Assembly (NCBI GenBank): GCA_951406725.2 | Contig: OX597837.1 | Span: 16,678,001-16,742,000 of the forward strand | Reading direction: 5' to 3' | Length of the DNA stretch: 64,000 bases | From: Octopus vulgaris | Taxonomy: Eukaryota | In this document: positions 1 through 14,052 of the stretch, one piece after another | Layout of the letters: each line of letters begins with the position of its first letter | How positions within the stretch are numbered: position 1 is the first letter of the stretch | Notes under the pieces: model-generated | The model's database searches: none | What the model was told of the DNA's origin: nothing | The model's input: the letters and a program-made list of their open reading frames with translations, nothing else | Translations under genes and position numbers: made by a program

Positions 1-410
1 GTGTGCGCGTGTGCTTTTGTATCTGAAGGAAGTGTCAATGGAAAAGAGAAGGAAAGGAAGAAGGAAGAGAGAAAGAAGAAAAATATGTACTTGTGAGCGC
101 GCGCATGTAAGCTAATTAAGTGGAAGGTTGTTATAGAGACCCCTAATTCAATTCTTGCTATTATGAATCGGAAGTCCCTTGATGCAAAAGCATTTCCAAA
201 GGACTGGATTTTACTACGTTCATTGGAGAAGACGATTACCGTTTCCATTCCTCTAATTAGCACACATACGCACGTACATACACATCTTGCAACAGACTCT
301 CGGACATGGATTTCTGACGATTGCCATCTAAGTTATAGGATCCGCTCTTGACCCCCCCCCCCATCAAATCCTGCCATTAGATCCCAGGATGACTGGACGA
401 TATAGGATAG

Positions 411-975
411 TTGAATGTCATTTCTGTTAATGACCTGACTCAAAGCAATTACATTCTAAGAGACATTTATGTCATATCGAATGACACGAATTCAACGATC
501 CAATTCCTGACGTCTGTAAGACTGATTCACAATTCTTCCGAGTGTTGTAATCAGCCTATGTTCCTTTCGACGTGGCATCGAGTACCCGAAGGAAGAATGT
601 GGAGGTGTTCTGTTTTTCATCGATATCGGAGCATTAGACAGGATTCGTTTTTCTGGGTGCTCGTCTACTGTTGACTCTCCTGTTAGAGTTGATGTATTAC
701 TGAGCCGAGATAGATTGCAAACAGTGTGTTGGAATAAGGCAAGTTGGAATTGCATCGGAAGCAATTGTTAACTGGTACAATTACTTTCACGATGTTTGTG
801 CTATATGGAGGATTGACAATTCTGTGCAACCTGGAGGGTACGATGCTGTTGTGGAAATTGATGAATCCAAGTTCATGCACAAGAAGTATTATCGTGATCA
901 TTATCGGCAAGGCCACTCGGTTCTTGGAATGATCGAACGCAGTAGTCTGAAATGTGTTTTAGTTCCTTCCAAGAC
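411..975 (+). mobile_element. Merlin (IS1016/ISXO2-like) DNA transposase remnant, N-terminal half
   Basis: ORF 411-674 has a Cys-rich CCNQPM..EGRMWRC..SIRQDSFF segment; ORF 824-1060 has VVEIDESKFMHKKYYRDH..VLGMIERSSLKCVLVP, matching the Merlin/ISXO2 DDE N-terminal motif; stops and frameshifts; cut off by a (CA)n tract. Confidence 0.75.
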
Positions 976-1012
976 ATGCGCAAGCATATACAGACACACA
1001 GACACAGACACA

Positions 1013-1055
<43 letters not shown>

Positions 1056-1510
1056 ACTAATACACACATGTACACCCACTATCTTTCATATACACGTACA
1101 TTTCATATACATATACATACATCATTCACTTTCTCCTCTGACTTCAAAGTGAATGTCGCCTTCCACACTTCATGAAAACAAAAGTAAAAAATTAAAGATT
1201 TTTATGGAAATTAACGAACAGTCTAACTGTTCTATAACAGTCATGCTGCTATAGGTAGAAGAAAAATCAAAAACATTCTACAAAAATTGGATTCTACCAT
1301 TACAATATTGCGTACATCAGATTTGTATCACTTTTATTTTATTTCAAAGGAAACAATTCTTTCACTTCTCCGGTCGAGTTTCCGACAAAAGCCAATCTTC
1401 GCAGATTTCAGTAGTTTCACTTTCTGACGTATAAAACGAAACATTGCTCAAGATTGTATAAGTAATTATTCTCCCTCTGTCTCCCACTTGGTAAATTCTG
1501 CTGATTAAAA

Positions 1511-2577
<1,067 letters not shown>

Positions 2578-2990
2578 TATAATGTTTGCTAGATAGACCA
2601 CGTGGGTGGAAGGGGAGTGCAGAGATTTACGCCTGCGCATTTTGAATTTGTTGATACTGTTAGTTGGAGTGGTTCATCTGAAGCGACAAGTTCGTTGATA
2701 GGTAAAGTTCCTTTTTTTTAGTGTTTCCAAATCCAAATTAAGAAATTTTGAGCTGACGAAAGAAATGCTGATTTTATTTGGCTAATCTTGAAACGTTGAC
2801 GTACTCAAACGATCTATGTACTTGTGATATTTTTCTGTATTTACCTCCAAACCTTCGTGAGCTGTCTGGAGTAAGCATTATCTGAGAGAAATTTTCTTTA
2901 AGTAGTAGAAATGGCTAAAAAAATTTTTTTGGCTGCTATTTCTACTAAGTTCAGTATGTGGCAAAGTAATTTATTTTACTAAGCCCTAAT

Positions 2991-3045
<55 letters not shown>

Positions 3046-3050
<5 letters not shown>

Positions 3051-3312
3051 ACCGACCAGACCATCAGATGTTGCTACACATCGCTGGTCACAACGCGTTC
3101 GCATTGTTTTAGCCTTCGAATGACGCCACCCCGCTGTCTAAGCGAGCAGGCCAACAGAAGAAAGAGTACAGCAGGGATCACCACCCCCTGCCGGAGCCTC
3201 GTGGAGCTTTTATGTGTTTTTGCTCAATAAACACTCACAACACCCGGTCTGGGAATCGAAACCGCGATCCTACGACCACGAATCCGCTGTCCTAACCACT
3301 GGGCCATTGCGC

Positions 3313-3315
<3 letters not shown>
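3046..3315 (-). mobile_element. tRNA-derived SINE
   Basis: Minus strand begins GAGGCGCAATGGCCCAGTGGTTAGG (A box) ... GGTTTCGATTCCC (B box), followed by a non-tRNA body; flanked by microsatellites. Confidence 0.7.
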
Positions 3316-3351
<36 letters not shown>

Positions 3352-3496
3352 TTTTCAGCTATCATGTTCTCACAGCATGAAACTAATCGCTCGAATTCAA
3401 ATCCTGTGTATATGTATATACTTATTTGTCACTGAAATGAGTACTTCTTGTTGATCCCACAAATAATGGAAAGATAATTTACACACACACAAACAA

Positions 3497-3975
3497 GTGA
3501 ACGAAAACAGCCGAAATATTTGGGTGTATCAAGAAGTACTATCTCGAAAGTAATTACAGCATTTGAGAAAGAGGGGAAAAACCTCCTCATCGAAACAAAA
3601 CTCCGGAAGAAGACCAAATCTTTCAGATAGGGACAGTCAGACTCTTATGCGAATTGTTAGAAAGGATCACAATAATGACCACCTCCAGAACCCAGTTTAC
3701 ACAAAAACTGCTCGCCGGGAGTTGCACAAAGGCGGATTTCACGGGAGGACTGCAATCAGAAAACCACTACTTTCAAAAACAAAAGTTGCAAAGTATTTAG
3801 AGTGGAGTAAAAACCTACAGAGTTGGTCCCTAGAGCAGTGGAAGAATGTTCTTTTCTCAGACGAGTCATCCTTTACCTGAATTTCCGACCACCAGCCGAG
3901 TATACGTGTGGAGACAGCCAAAAGAAGCATTTAACTCAGACTGCCTTCTTCCAACTGTTAAACACAGAGGAGGCT
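3497..3975 (+). mobile_element. Tc1-like transposase remnant
   Basis: HTH region (GVSRSTISKV, SGRRPNLSDRD), RKPLL, WKNVLFSDESSF, then VWRQPKEAF..PTVKHRGG after a frameshift. Confidence 0.85.
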
Positions 3976-3979
3976 ACAG

Positions 3980-4149
3980 TTCTATATTCAAGAGATGATG
4001 AATTATGTACATTATTTACATTCGACGGATATTTGTCGTCATCTTGTTTGTTGTTAGCACGTTTCCGCTGATATACCCTCCAGCTTTCTTCAGGTGTCTT
4101 GGGGAAATTTCGAACCTGCCTGGGTTATCATTCACAAGGTATTTTTCAA

Positions 4150-4243
<94 letters not shown>

Positions 4244-4773
4244 GTTGTTCAGGTCACTGCTCAGAATCGAACTCGGAATCTTGGGGTTAGTAGCCTGCGT
4301 TCTTAACCACTACGCCACGGGCATATGGCAGCACCCTCAGCCTAACCCACACCCCACTCTCGCATCTCCCACACACCATTCTCACCTCTCCCACACACCA
4401 CTACACCCTATACCACCATACCACATCACATCACATCACACCACCACGCACACACTAGCACTGACCACATCCCAGCCCCACATTCAAGGTCACTAGCCCT
4501 CTTCCACACGCACATATATACTCTATTATACACACGCACGTGCACCGTCGTTTTGGGATCACCACTACTTTATTATCTCCCCTTCTTCATAGCTCTCCTG
4601 TGCGACCCCTCTGTCCGGCATTCGCCATGATAGATCGCTAGCCACTACACATTCTTTATTTTCTCTCCTTGTTTTTTTGTGTGGAAGAGCGTAGGCTCGA
4701 AACGTTAAAGACTTTTTCACTTCCCGAGCGTTAAACCTGTCTTCGTCTTTCGTTTTTTTTTTGTGAATTCTCC

Positions 4774-4780
<7 letters not shown>
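3980..4780. repeat. Composite interspersed repeat: Penelope-like terminal motifs, (TTA)n at 4152-4243, tRNA-like segment on minus strand at 4255-4320
   Basis: Minus-strand CTGAAGA-stem-GAAAC at 4061-4093; plus-strand GAAGAGC-GTAG-GCTC-GAAAC at 4684-4703; GTGGCGTAGTGGTTAAG..GAGTTCGATTC on minus strand. Confidence 0.45.
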
Positions 4781-4847
<67 letters not shown>

Positions 4848-6189
4848 GTGTGTGTGCATGTACTTCTAAATATTTATGTGTGCATAAACACACATTTGAC
4901 AAAAAGAGAGATGGGGAAGGAGAGAGAGAGAGATGCAGAAAATTTTGTAACACTCACCAGGTCTATGTTCTTTATAAGTATCACCAATAGTGATGTAACT
5001 CATTTCAGAGAACAAACCAATTCTGTCCATATCCATGACTAAAAGAATTTTAGCGGAAACGGTCTTCTACAAGCAGGTTTTTTTCTTTTTCCTAGTAATG
5101 CTAACTTCAAAAATTGGGACAGGAGCAATCGATGACATAAAAGCAAAAAACATATGTTACAAAACTTTTTCCTTTTTATTTTTTTCTTGTTTAGTCTTGT
5201 TCAGTTTTCTGTGATTTCTTTTATAAACTCTCCTTGTGGTTTGAAATCGAAATGTCCTGTCCGGTCTCCGTCACATGTGTTATTGTTTTGGCAGTTACCA
5301 AGGAGTAGAATGGCAATCTAGAAAGTTGGTGTGACGCTTATATACGTGTACAAACAAATCTGTGTGAGTGTATATAACATACATATGTATATATGTATGT
5401 GTGCGTGTGTGTGTGTGAGAGAGAGGAACAAGAGAGAAGCAACGAGGAAAATAATGATAGCTGCGATTCAAAAGGTGTAAAAGTTATGATAGCTCTTACA
5501 ACAAAATATTACAAAATTTTATGTTACTGTATTACTGAATTTCACTTGACAGCAACTATATTTCTATCCCTTCCTCACTTTATTCCTCTCCCTATGGCAA
5601 TCTAATTTTATTATGCTTCCTCTTTCTTTCAATCTATTTTCGCGTCTCCTCTCTATTTTGTTTATACACTTCCTATCTGTACTGTTGCCTTTCGTCTATA
5701 AGTTTCTTTTGCTTCTTTTCTATCTCATTTTCATTCTCTCTTTCTTTCTCTTTTCCTATGTCCTCCTCTATCTCTCTCATTCTTACTCTCTTTCTATGTC
5801 TCTTAATCTCCCCTTCCACTGTCTTTCTGATCTGTTTCTTTTTACTAGTCTCTATTTCTTTTAACATACTCTTCACTTTATCTAGTTGTTTATCTTATTT
5901 ATTCACAATACTTTTCTCTCTTTCTTCACTTTATGCTCCCCCCACCTCCACTTCATCTTCCCTTCTTCGTCTTATTGGCGCGAAACTGTGTTTTATGTCG
6001 TCAGAGCTTAAAGTATTTTCCTCGGGGATTTCTTCTGAATGTAATTCCTTGTTTTCAATGCTTCTTCCATTTGTTTTGCAAAGAAATTTATTTCTAGCGT
6101 GCTTCTGTTGTCTTGGTAACATAGCAAACCCACAAAACCTCTCGCTGAAGAATAATACAGATTTAGAATAACACAAACACACACATACA

Positions 6190-6252
<63 letters not shown>

Positions 6253-6647
6253 ACACACACACACAAAAGAGGAAGACAAGTACACAGATGTGAGAGAAAA
6301 CAAATTGAGGAAAGGAAACGGAAATGTAGAATGTAAGAGGGTAAAAGGGAAACAGATAAAGGTCGTAGGAAGAAATTGTGGTTAGATTTAGGACGAAAAA
6401 TATGCATAGATACATAAATACATATGTTTTTATGTGTGTATGTGTGTGTGTATATATATATATATATATACACACACACATATATATATATATACGCTTA
6501 AATATTTGTTGTGCAAGAATTTTTATGTGAAGTCGTGTGTTGAAACAGATATTGTTATATTTCGGAATGGTCATATTGCCAGTTTAGCCAATAAAAACAC
6601 ACGCACTATATATTTATATATATACATATATACATATATATATACAT

Positions 6648-6734
<87 letters not shown>

Positions 6735-6735
<1 letters not shown>

Positions 6736-7270
6736 CTCTTCTATAAAATCCGTTCTATCTGTCTGTGTGTGTGTGTCTTCTCGGATCTCTGGCATCCTCC
6801 ATCCAATTGCGCTCAAATTTGATATGTAGATACCGACGGTATCAGGGCGTGTATAAGTCTTGAAAAAAAAAACGATTCCAGGTGAGAATGCGATCGATAA
6901 AGCCGTTTTGCCCTGCTTTTCTTCCGTCAACCTGTATATAACTGCACCTTCCATTTTTGTACTGCTTAAAGGCACGTTTCTTTCTTGCCAAGCTGACTGT
7001 TTAAACCATGTTTTTGTTCTCCCAGTCAACAGCCTTATCATTACTGGTACTTTAAACTCTTCGGTTGCACATTTGTGTGAATAAAATCGTTTTTCTTTGG
7101 AATAGAAAAAAGTCTATCCTTAATTCTTCTTTTACTGGTGTCTCAAGTTTAGGTTAAATCAGTGTTTCTCAAAGGGGAGGCCTATGGGACAGTCGAACAA
7201 GTTGTTTTGAGAAAATTTGGTTTAAATGTTTAACTCAGTACCGTCGATTGGACGAAGGGCGTTTTGCTCG
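6735..7270 (+). mobile_element. Possible non-autonomous Helitron-like element
   Basis: A|TC start with (CTGT)/(GT) subterminal repeat; ends with a weak hairpin then CTCG|T (CTAG variant); inserted in TA-rich sequence. Confidence 0.4.
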
Positions 7271-7356
7271 TGTATATATATGTATATATATTTCTTAGTG
7301 TATCATATCTCGCTATCTAAAAGTCATCTCCTCCCCCTCTCCCTTTCTTTCTTTTT

Positions 7357-7447
<91 letters not shown>

Positions 7448-7496
7448 ATAGTGGAATGTTTACATACATATGAGAGAATAAGGTGTACGTACGCCG

Positions 7497-7552
<56 letters not shown>

Positions 7553-7814
7553 CAAAATGGGACAAGAACGCAAAACATTCAAATAGACCATACAAAAAAC
7601 ACGGACGGGTCATTCGAAGCCTCTAATCTTCAGTCAAGAACCGGATCATCCTCGCAATTTCGGCTGCCGAAATTTTTATTGACCCAGAAAGGATGAAAGG
7701 CAAAGTCAACCTCAACAGAATTTGAACTCAGAATGCAAAGATAGATGAAATGCCACTAAGTATTTTTGGCATCTGCCAACTCTCCACCTTAAATCAACCT
7801 TAAAATCAATCTTA

Positions 7815-8043
7815 TTTCTTTACTACCCAAAAGGGGTTAAACACAGAGAGGACAAACAAGGACAGACAAACGGATTAAGTCGATTATATCGACCCCAGTG
7901 CGTAACTGGTACTTATTTAATCGACCCCAAAAGGATGAAAGGCAAAGTCGACCTTGGCGGAATTTGAACTCAGAACGTAGCGGCAGACGAAATACTGCTA
8001 AGCATTTCGCCTGGCGTGCTTACGTTTCTGCCAGCTCGCCGCC
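7815..8043 (-). mobile_element. tRNA-derived SINE with Nin-like central domain and target-site duplication
   Basis: Minus strand GGCGGCGAGCTGGCAGAAAC..GAGTTCAAATTCC..GTCGACTTTGCCTTTCATCCTTTTGGGGTCGATTAAATAAGTACCAG; TTAAAATCAATCTTA duplicated at 7800-7814 and 8044-8058; an older partial copy lies at 7676-7790. Confidence 0.85.
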
Positions 8044-8285
8044 TTAAAATCAATCTTAGCAGGGTTTGAACTCAGAAAAGTCAGTGGTGTAAAATAAGAT
8101 GTGTGCAGCATGAAAAACTATACAGGGGCCACTACTTTATATGTGTGTATATCCTGTTGGTAAAGGTATGCTTTATTTAAGGAAAGAGGTAGACAATTTG
8201 GTTATGCACAGGGCAGCCCAAACCCACACTATATCACTGCAGAAAGTGAGGAATTATGAATACTATTGCAAATAATTTTTTGTGT

Positions 8286-8945
8286 CATCATCATCACCAT
8301 CATCGTTATTATCATCATCATTACTTAATGTTCATTTTCCATGCAGACATCGGTTGGATGGTTTTACAGGAGCTAACCAGCTGAAGAGCTGCCCAGGATC
8401 TGATTGTCTGTTTTGGCATAGTTTCTATGACTGGATGCCCTTCTAACACCAAACACTTTACAGAGTGTACTGGGTGCTTTTACACAGCACAGGCACAGAT
8501 GCATTTATATGGCACTAGTATGGATGTTTTTTACATGGCACCAGCACTCTCAAAATTAAGAACACTCAGCTAGAGAGGGACGCTGGAGATATGCCTGTAT
8601 GCAAGGACAACCACACTTTTACTTAGTTTGATGTATCTTCTCAAACACAGCAAACTGCCAGGAGTCTCGGTCCCCTGTCATCCCTTATGTAAGGCTCATT
8701 GTCTATAGATCTTTTCTCACCACTTCATACCATGTCTTCCTGGATCAATCCCTTCCACATATCCTCTCCACAATTAGAGATTAGTACCTCTTGATGCAAC
8801 TGTCTTCATTCATATGCATTACATGACTGCACCGGTGCCGTCTTCTCTCTTGCCCACCACATCTGATGCCTCATTTACCCAGTTTTCCTCTCAAATCACT
8901 TACACTCTGCTGTATATGCACACCGACATTACCCATCTAGAGGCG
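8286..8945 (-). mobile_element. Decayed RTE LINE 3' end with (GAT)n tail
   Basis: Minus-strand translation HVMHMNEDSCIKR..ICGRD*SRKTWYEVV (RTE GRPRKTW region); (CAT)n on plus strand at 8286-8320. Confidence 0.7.
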
Positions 8946-9030
8946 TATACCAATTAAATGGATTTATGAATATAAAATAATGATTTCTGGCATAGACACA
9001 AGGCTCAAAATGTTAGTAGTGAGAAACATA

Positions 9031-9510
9031 CCATTAATCCTCGAGTATAGTCCACCCTTGAGTATAATACGCAAGGGATTTTTAGGGAGCTGTACCTCTG
9101 AAAAACCTAAACCTTGTGTATAACACGCACTCCTTCTCTAACTTGAGTCAAGGAAGTCTATATAACGTCCTTGGTTTGTAAAACTTTTTACAGTAACGTC
9201 CTTTATTATTATTGTACATATAACATAATGCAAACGTGTAGCTTTTTTGTGCATTTTGTTTGCTGAAAATAAAGAAATAACAGTAATAACGTTTAATAAG
9301 TGTTGCTAACTGCAAGTCATGGATGATTTAAGGTATTTTCGCGCCCGACATCCAAAAATGTGTTTGAATAAACATTGCCGGACAGCAAATAGAGACTCGG
9401 GCATTGCTTAGAAAATAATTTTCATTTTTAACCTCGTATATAGTATGCACTAGGGATTTTGACCTTTACATTTTTGGGGGAAAATGCGGATTATACTCGA
9501 GGATTTACGG
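9031..9510. mobile_element. Tc1/mariner (pogo/Tigger-type) MITE, 480 bp
   Basis: TIRs CCATTAATCCTCGAGTATAGTCC and GGATTATACTCGAGGATTTACGG; TA on both flanks (9029-9030, 9511-9512); no coding capacity. Confidence 0.85.
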
Positions 9511-10064
9511 TAGTTGTTTTAATTTACTTCAGTACCTGATTAGTACTTTTCTTTTTACATTGGAAGACTGAAAATTGAAGTCAAACCAAGTAGGATTTGA
9601 ACTTACCAATTTTGCCAATCAGTCACAGATAAAAGGTCATGTACATTAGATGTAATGCAACATGTTTTAAAATCAACCTCAAATTTGTTCACTACAGACT
9701 GGTGTTTCTCTATCATTTTTTTTTTTTGCCTACCTCTTTGATTTCTATTTTACTCAGAAGGACCCTCATAGCGATTTGATATTTAAGAAAACTCCTATCG
9801 TATTTTTATAATTAAATATTATTAGGATTTTTATTTTAAAAAATTGTTAAAACATCAAGTGTTTTGGAGAAGTACCTTATATACTCGACTATAAAACACC
9901 TTCGCCTATAAGACGCACCCTAGACTTACAAGGTTAGGGAAAAAAGTCAAAATTGAAGAATTTGGGGCGGAAAAAGGGGTGGTGTCATTTAACACTACCG
10001 ATTTTTGGCAATTTTCCGGAATCTCCGTATCCGAAAACAGCAAATTTTGGAGAAAATGGCGGAA

Positions 10065-10598
10065 GTTTTGTGTCAATTATGATGTATAGGGATAAATATA
10101 TTGATTCTTAAACAAGAGACCTTTTTCTACCACCTACCTTCACACACCTTTAAAAATAAGTCTATTACTTCAAATGTTAATGGTTTCTGTTAAGGCTCAG
10201 CAATTTTTAAACGAGTTCTTGACTAGAATTTGGTTTGTCAACTGTTAAAATAACTTTCAGTTCTTTAGACGTTCACATGATTAACAAGGCTAACGTGGGG
10301 TGGCTAGAAATAGCAGTCAAATTACTCTCAGATTCATACAAGATCATGCAATTGTTCAGTCTAGGAGCCCAATAACAAATCAACTTAGTTGTTTATGAAA
10401 GAAGTCGATATTTAGAGAGTGAAAACGTGTTTTTCTCTCTTTTTTGCTGGAGCACCGACTTTGGTCGAGCAAATCGACCCCAGGACTTATTCTTTGTAAG
10501 CCTAGTACTTATTTTATCGGTCTCTTTTGCCGTAAACACAGCATCGGTTGCCAAGCGATGTTGGGAGGGGGGAGCAAACATATACATACACACACTCA
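10065..10598 (+). repeat. Local duplication, copy 1 (paralog at 14805-15501; continues at 13044-13237)
   Basis: Near-identical sequence AGTTTTGTGTCAATTATGATGTATAGGG...GCCGTAAAC in both places. Confidence 0.9.
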
Positions 10599-11043
10599 TC
10601 TCTATATATAAAACTGAAATGCCTTTTTACCGCTTGGTTCGCTTTCAATGCCACTACATCCCGTCCGATTCGCTCCAAAATTTACAGGGACATGTAGAAT
10701 GAGGTGACGATGCGCGTGGGCTACCTTAGAAATCCCTATCTTAAAAGGTGTGGTTGCTAGGGGCCATCTTCCTACCTCACCCTATTTCCTCCAGTACTCT
10801 GTCACTCCTCTTCATTTGACAATGCAACTACCGTTATTTAATGTAAAGTCTTCCTCAAATCACTCTGTCGCTCTTTACTCTCTTCCAAGAACATTTTCAC
10901 TCACTCTTATTTCTTACCTTCCTATACATTTTACTCATGTATCTATCAGCGTTCATGGACAGTAACAAATATTACATCGCCATCCCCATCGCCATCGCAT
11001 TCTATTGTCTACCTGTCAACACACACACACACACACACACATA

Positions 11044-11456
11044 TTACTCTTTACTCTTTTACTTGTTTCAGTCATTTGACTGCGGCCATGCTGGAGCACC
11101 ACCTTTAGTCGAGCAAATCGACCCCGGGACTTATTCTTTGTAAGCCCAGTACTTATTCTATCGGTCTCTTTTGCCGAACCGCTAAGTGACGGGGACGTAA
11201 ACACACCAGCATCGGTTGTCAAGCAATGCTAGGGGGACAAACACAGACACACAAACATATACACACACACTTATATATATATACATATATACGACAGGCT
11301 TCTTTCAGTTTCCGTCTACCAAATCCACTCACAAGGCATTGGTCGGCCCGGGGCTATAGCAGAAGACACTTGCCCAAGATGCCACGCAGTTGGACTGAAC
11401 CCGGAACCATGTGGTTGGTTAGCAAGCTACTTACCACACAGCCACTCCCGCGCCTA
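11044..11456 (-). mobile_element. Full-length octopus-type tRNA-derived SINE
   Basis: Head GGAGTGGCTGTGTGGTAAG..GGGTTCAGTCC, TTGGGCAAGTGTCTTC core, internal (TA/TG)n, 3' GGTGGTGCTCCAGCATGGCCGCAGTCAAATGACTGAAAC and (AAGAGTA)-type tail; many partial copies elsewhere in the window. Confidence 0.85.
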
Positions 11457-11775
11457 TATATACATATATCTAATATATTTTTATTTTTATGTTTTTCTTT
11501 TTGGTTTTTTACTGTTTCATTTCCCTATTAGTGGTTTTATCTCTAATTTAATTTCTACAGCGTGCACACACACACACACACACACACCTATATGTGGCCC
11601 CAGTACACCCGAATGAAATCGGGTTCTCTTCATCAAAATGTGAAAAGGGGTCTACAATTATCATCGCCACCACCAACACCACCAACACACAATCTGGACA
11701 ATCTTTCTCTTATAACAAATCATGTTTACATTGCAACGACGTCTGCCACCTCCGCCGTCTCTATTTATTCTGCAA

Positions 11776-11972
11776 ATGACCAGAACTCGGGAAACTTGGT
11801 TTAGTGTTCTATGGTCTATGACCAGAACTCGGGAAACTTGGTTGAGTGTTCTATGGTCTATGACCAGAACTCGGGAAACTTGCTTGACTGTTCTATGGTC
11901 AATGACCAGAAATCGGTGAACTTGGTTGAGTGTTCTATGGTCTATGACCAGAACTTGGGAAACTTGGTTGAG
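11776..11972 (+). repeat. 42-bp minisatellite, about 4.7 copies
   Basis: Unit ATGACCAGAACTCGGGAAACTTGGTTGAGTGTTCTATGGTCT. Confidence 0.95.
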
Positions 11973-12662
11973 TCCTCATCTTATAAAATGTGGCCCCAGT
12001 AGACCCAAATGAAATCGGGTTATATTAACCAAAAGGTGAAAAGGGGTATAAATGGGGCTGGACGGGGATTAAAATTTAAAGGAGCGGGTGTTTAGCAATT
12101 TTCTGTTACATCAAGCTAAAAAATTTGCTCCAGCCTTTTAATCGTCAATGTGTTGCCGTCCATGATGAAGAAGTTTTGAATGCTTGCCATCGTGAGTCTA
12201 CTGTCGTGAGAAAGAATCAAGTCAAAACTTGGTTTTTAGGGATTTTCTTTTACATCAAGTTCAAAATTTTACGCCAGCCGTTGAACGGTCAATACGTTGC
12301 TGTCCGTCGTTAAGAAATGCCAGCCATGGTGACTCTACTATCCTCAAATTCTATCCCTTCAAACTTTGGTTTCCAATATTTTATTATTTTTATTCAGCTC
12401 GCAAGTTCGTCTGTCCCTTTTAAATGTTAGTGTTTTGCTGTCTGTCTTGAAGCAGACCTTTCCTTTGTAACTGCCTGATATTTATGATTGATCTTTCTAA
12501 ATATTTTATTTCTCAACTTACTCAAGATATTTTGTTGTTTATAAATGGGAGAGAGATAGATAAAGATAGAGAGTAAGAGAAAGCGAGGGAGAGTCCGAGA
12601 GAAAGGAAGAGTAAGAGAGTGGGAAAGTGAGAGAGAAAGGAGAAAGAAACAAAGAGGGAGAA

Positions 12663-12975
12663 TCATCATCATCATCATCATCGTTTAACGTCCGTTTTCC
12701 GTGCTAGCACGGGTTGGACAGTTTGACAGGGGTCTGGGAAGCCAGGAGGCTGCACCAGGCTCCAGTCTGATCTGGCAGTGTTTCGACAGGTGGATGCCCT
12801 TCCTAACGCCAACCACTCTGTGAGCGTAGTGGGTGCTTTTTTCGTGCCGCCTGCACAGGTGCCAGGGGGGCTGGCAGCGGCCACGATCGGTTGGTGCTTT
12901 TTACGTGTCACTGGCACAGAAGCCAGTCAAGGCGGCGCTGCAATCCGCCACGTTCGGATGGTGCTTTTTACGTGC
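12663..12975 (-). mobile_element. RTE-type 3' UTR fragment with (GAT)n tail
   Basis: Same family as 40847-40987 (GGCGTTAGGAAGGGCATCCA..CGTTAAA then GAT repeats). Confidence 0.7.
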
Positions 12976-13042
12976 TGAAAGGAAGCAACAGAGAGTAACA
13001 ACCACACTCTTACCCGCGCGTAGAGCGGGTCACCTTCAGCTA

Positions 13043-13088
<46 letters not shown>

Positions 13089-13574
13089 GACGGGCTTCTT
13101 CAGTTTCCGTCTACCAAATTTACTCACAAGGTACCATGCAGTGGGATAGAACCCAGAAGGTTCGTAAGCAAGCTACTTACCACACAGCCACTCATATATA
13201 TACACATACACACGACTGGTTTTATTCATTTTCCAGGTACCCAATAGACTCAAAATGTCATGCAATGGGATAATGGTGATAATTCAGAGATTTAAATGAT
13301 ATAAGGATGATTATAGTTGGAAGGGCAACTCTACTGAAATAAAAAGCATCAAGTCCTCAATACCTTTTGGTAGCAGCAACATTAGCATTTTGGATATAAT
13401 TCATCTGTTTTTGTGGATCATAGAATCATCCATGAAGGACGTGTAGAAGTCAGTTATGTCTACTAAAAAATATATCAACATCATTTAACGTCTGTCTTCC
13501 TATAACAGTTGACTACAATGCTGCTATGCCAGTCATTGGGTATAATACCTTTCTATATATCCTGATTAACTATA

Positions 13575-14052
13575 TGGGTGAAGAGTGTCAGACTGCCAGA
13601 AGGGAAGCTAGGAGGCAGGTTTATTTAGCCAGAGGAGAAGCAGATAAGAAAAAATTTGCCAATGTTCTGCGCCGTGAAGACAAAAGACTTGAGGTATTTC
13701 GTGTTGCAAGACAGTGTGTGAGAGAGAATCGTGATGTGGTAGGAAAGAAATGTGTTTGCATGGATAATGGTTCACTTGCGCTAAATGTGGCTGCAAAGAG
13801 AGAGGTTTGGAGACGCCACTATGAAAGGTTGCTGAATAAAGAAAATGAATGGGATAAATAGAGTCTGCTGAATGTCGAGCCAACTGAGGGACCAGCTATC
13901 CGAGTTGACAGTACCTTGGTAGATAAGGTAATTAGAAGTATGAAGACAGGGAAAGCCCCATGCCCATCAGGAATTACTGCAGAGATGCTCAAAATATCTA
14001 GCGGTGTTGGCTATAGCCTAGTCACCCGTATAGTTAATCAGGTGATACACGA
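13575..14052 (+). mobile_element. RTE LINE ORF internal fragment (region upstream of RT)
   Basis: WRRHYERLLNKENEWD*..VIRSMKTGKAPCPSGITAEMLK; one in-frame stop. Confidence 0.8.

Larger units (their letters stand above)
10599..13043 (+). mobile_element. Non-autonomous Helitron-like element with nested SINE, RTE tail and minisatellite
   Basis: A|TC 5' end; 3' hairpin ACCCGC-N7-GCGGGT (13012-13030) 9 nt before CTAG|T; absent from the paralogous copy near 15290-15320; related 5' end at 26292. Confidence 0.75.

Noticed and set aside
3245-3315. tRNA genes here and at other A/B-box sites
   Set aside because: No full cloverleaf; they continue into SINE bodies
4005-4496. Poly-Leu/Ile/Tyr ORFs
   Set aside because: Translations of the (TTA)n microsatellite
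5613-6479. Hydrophobic and low-complexity ORFs
   Set aside because: Derived from CT-rich and (CT)/(CA) simple sequence; no recognisable domain
11776-11972. 42-bp repeats as a CRISPR array
   Set aside because: Head-to-tail units without unique spacers, no cas genes, eukaryotic context
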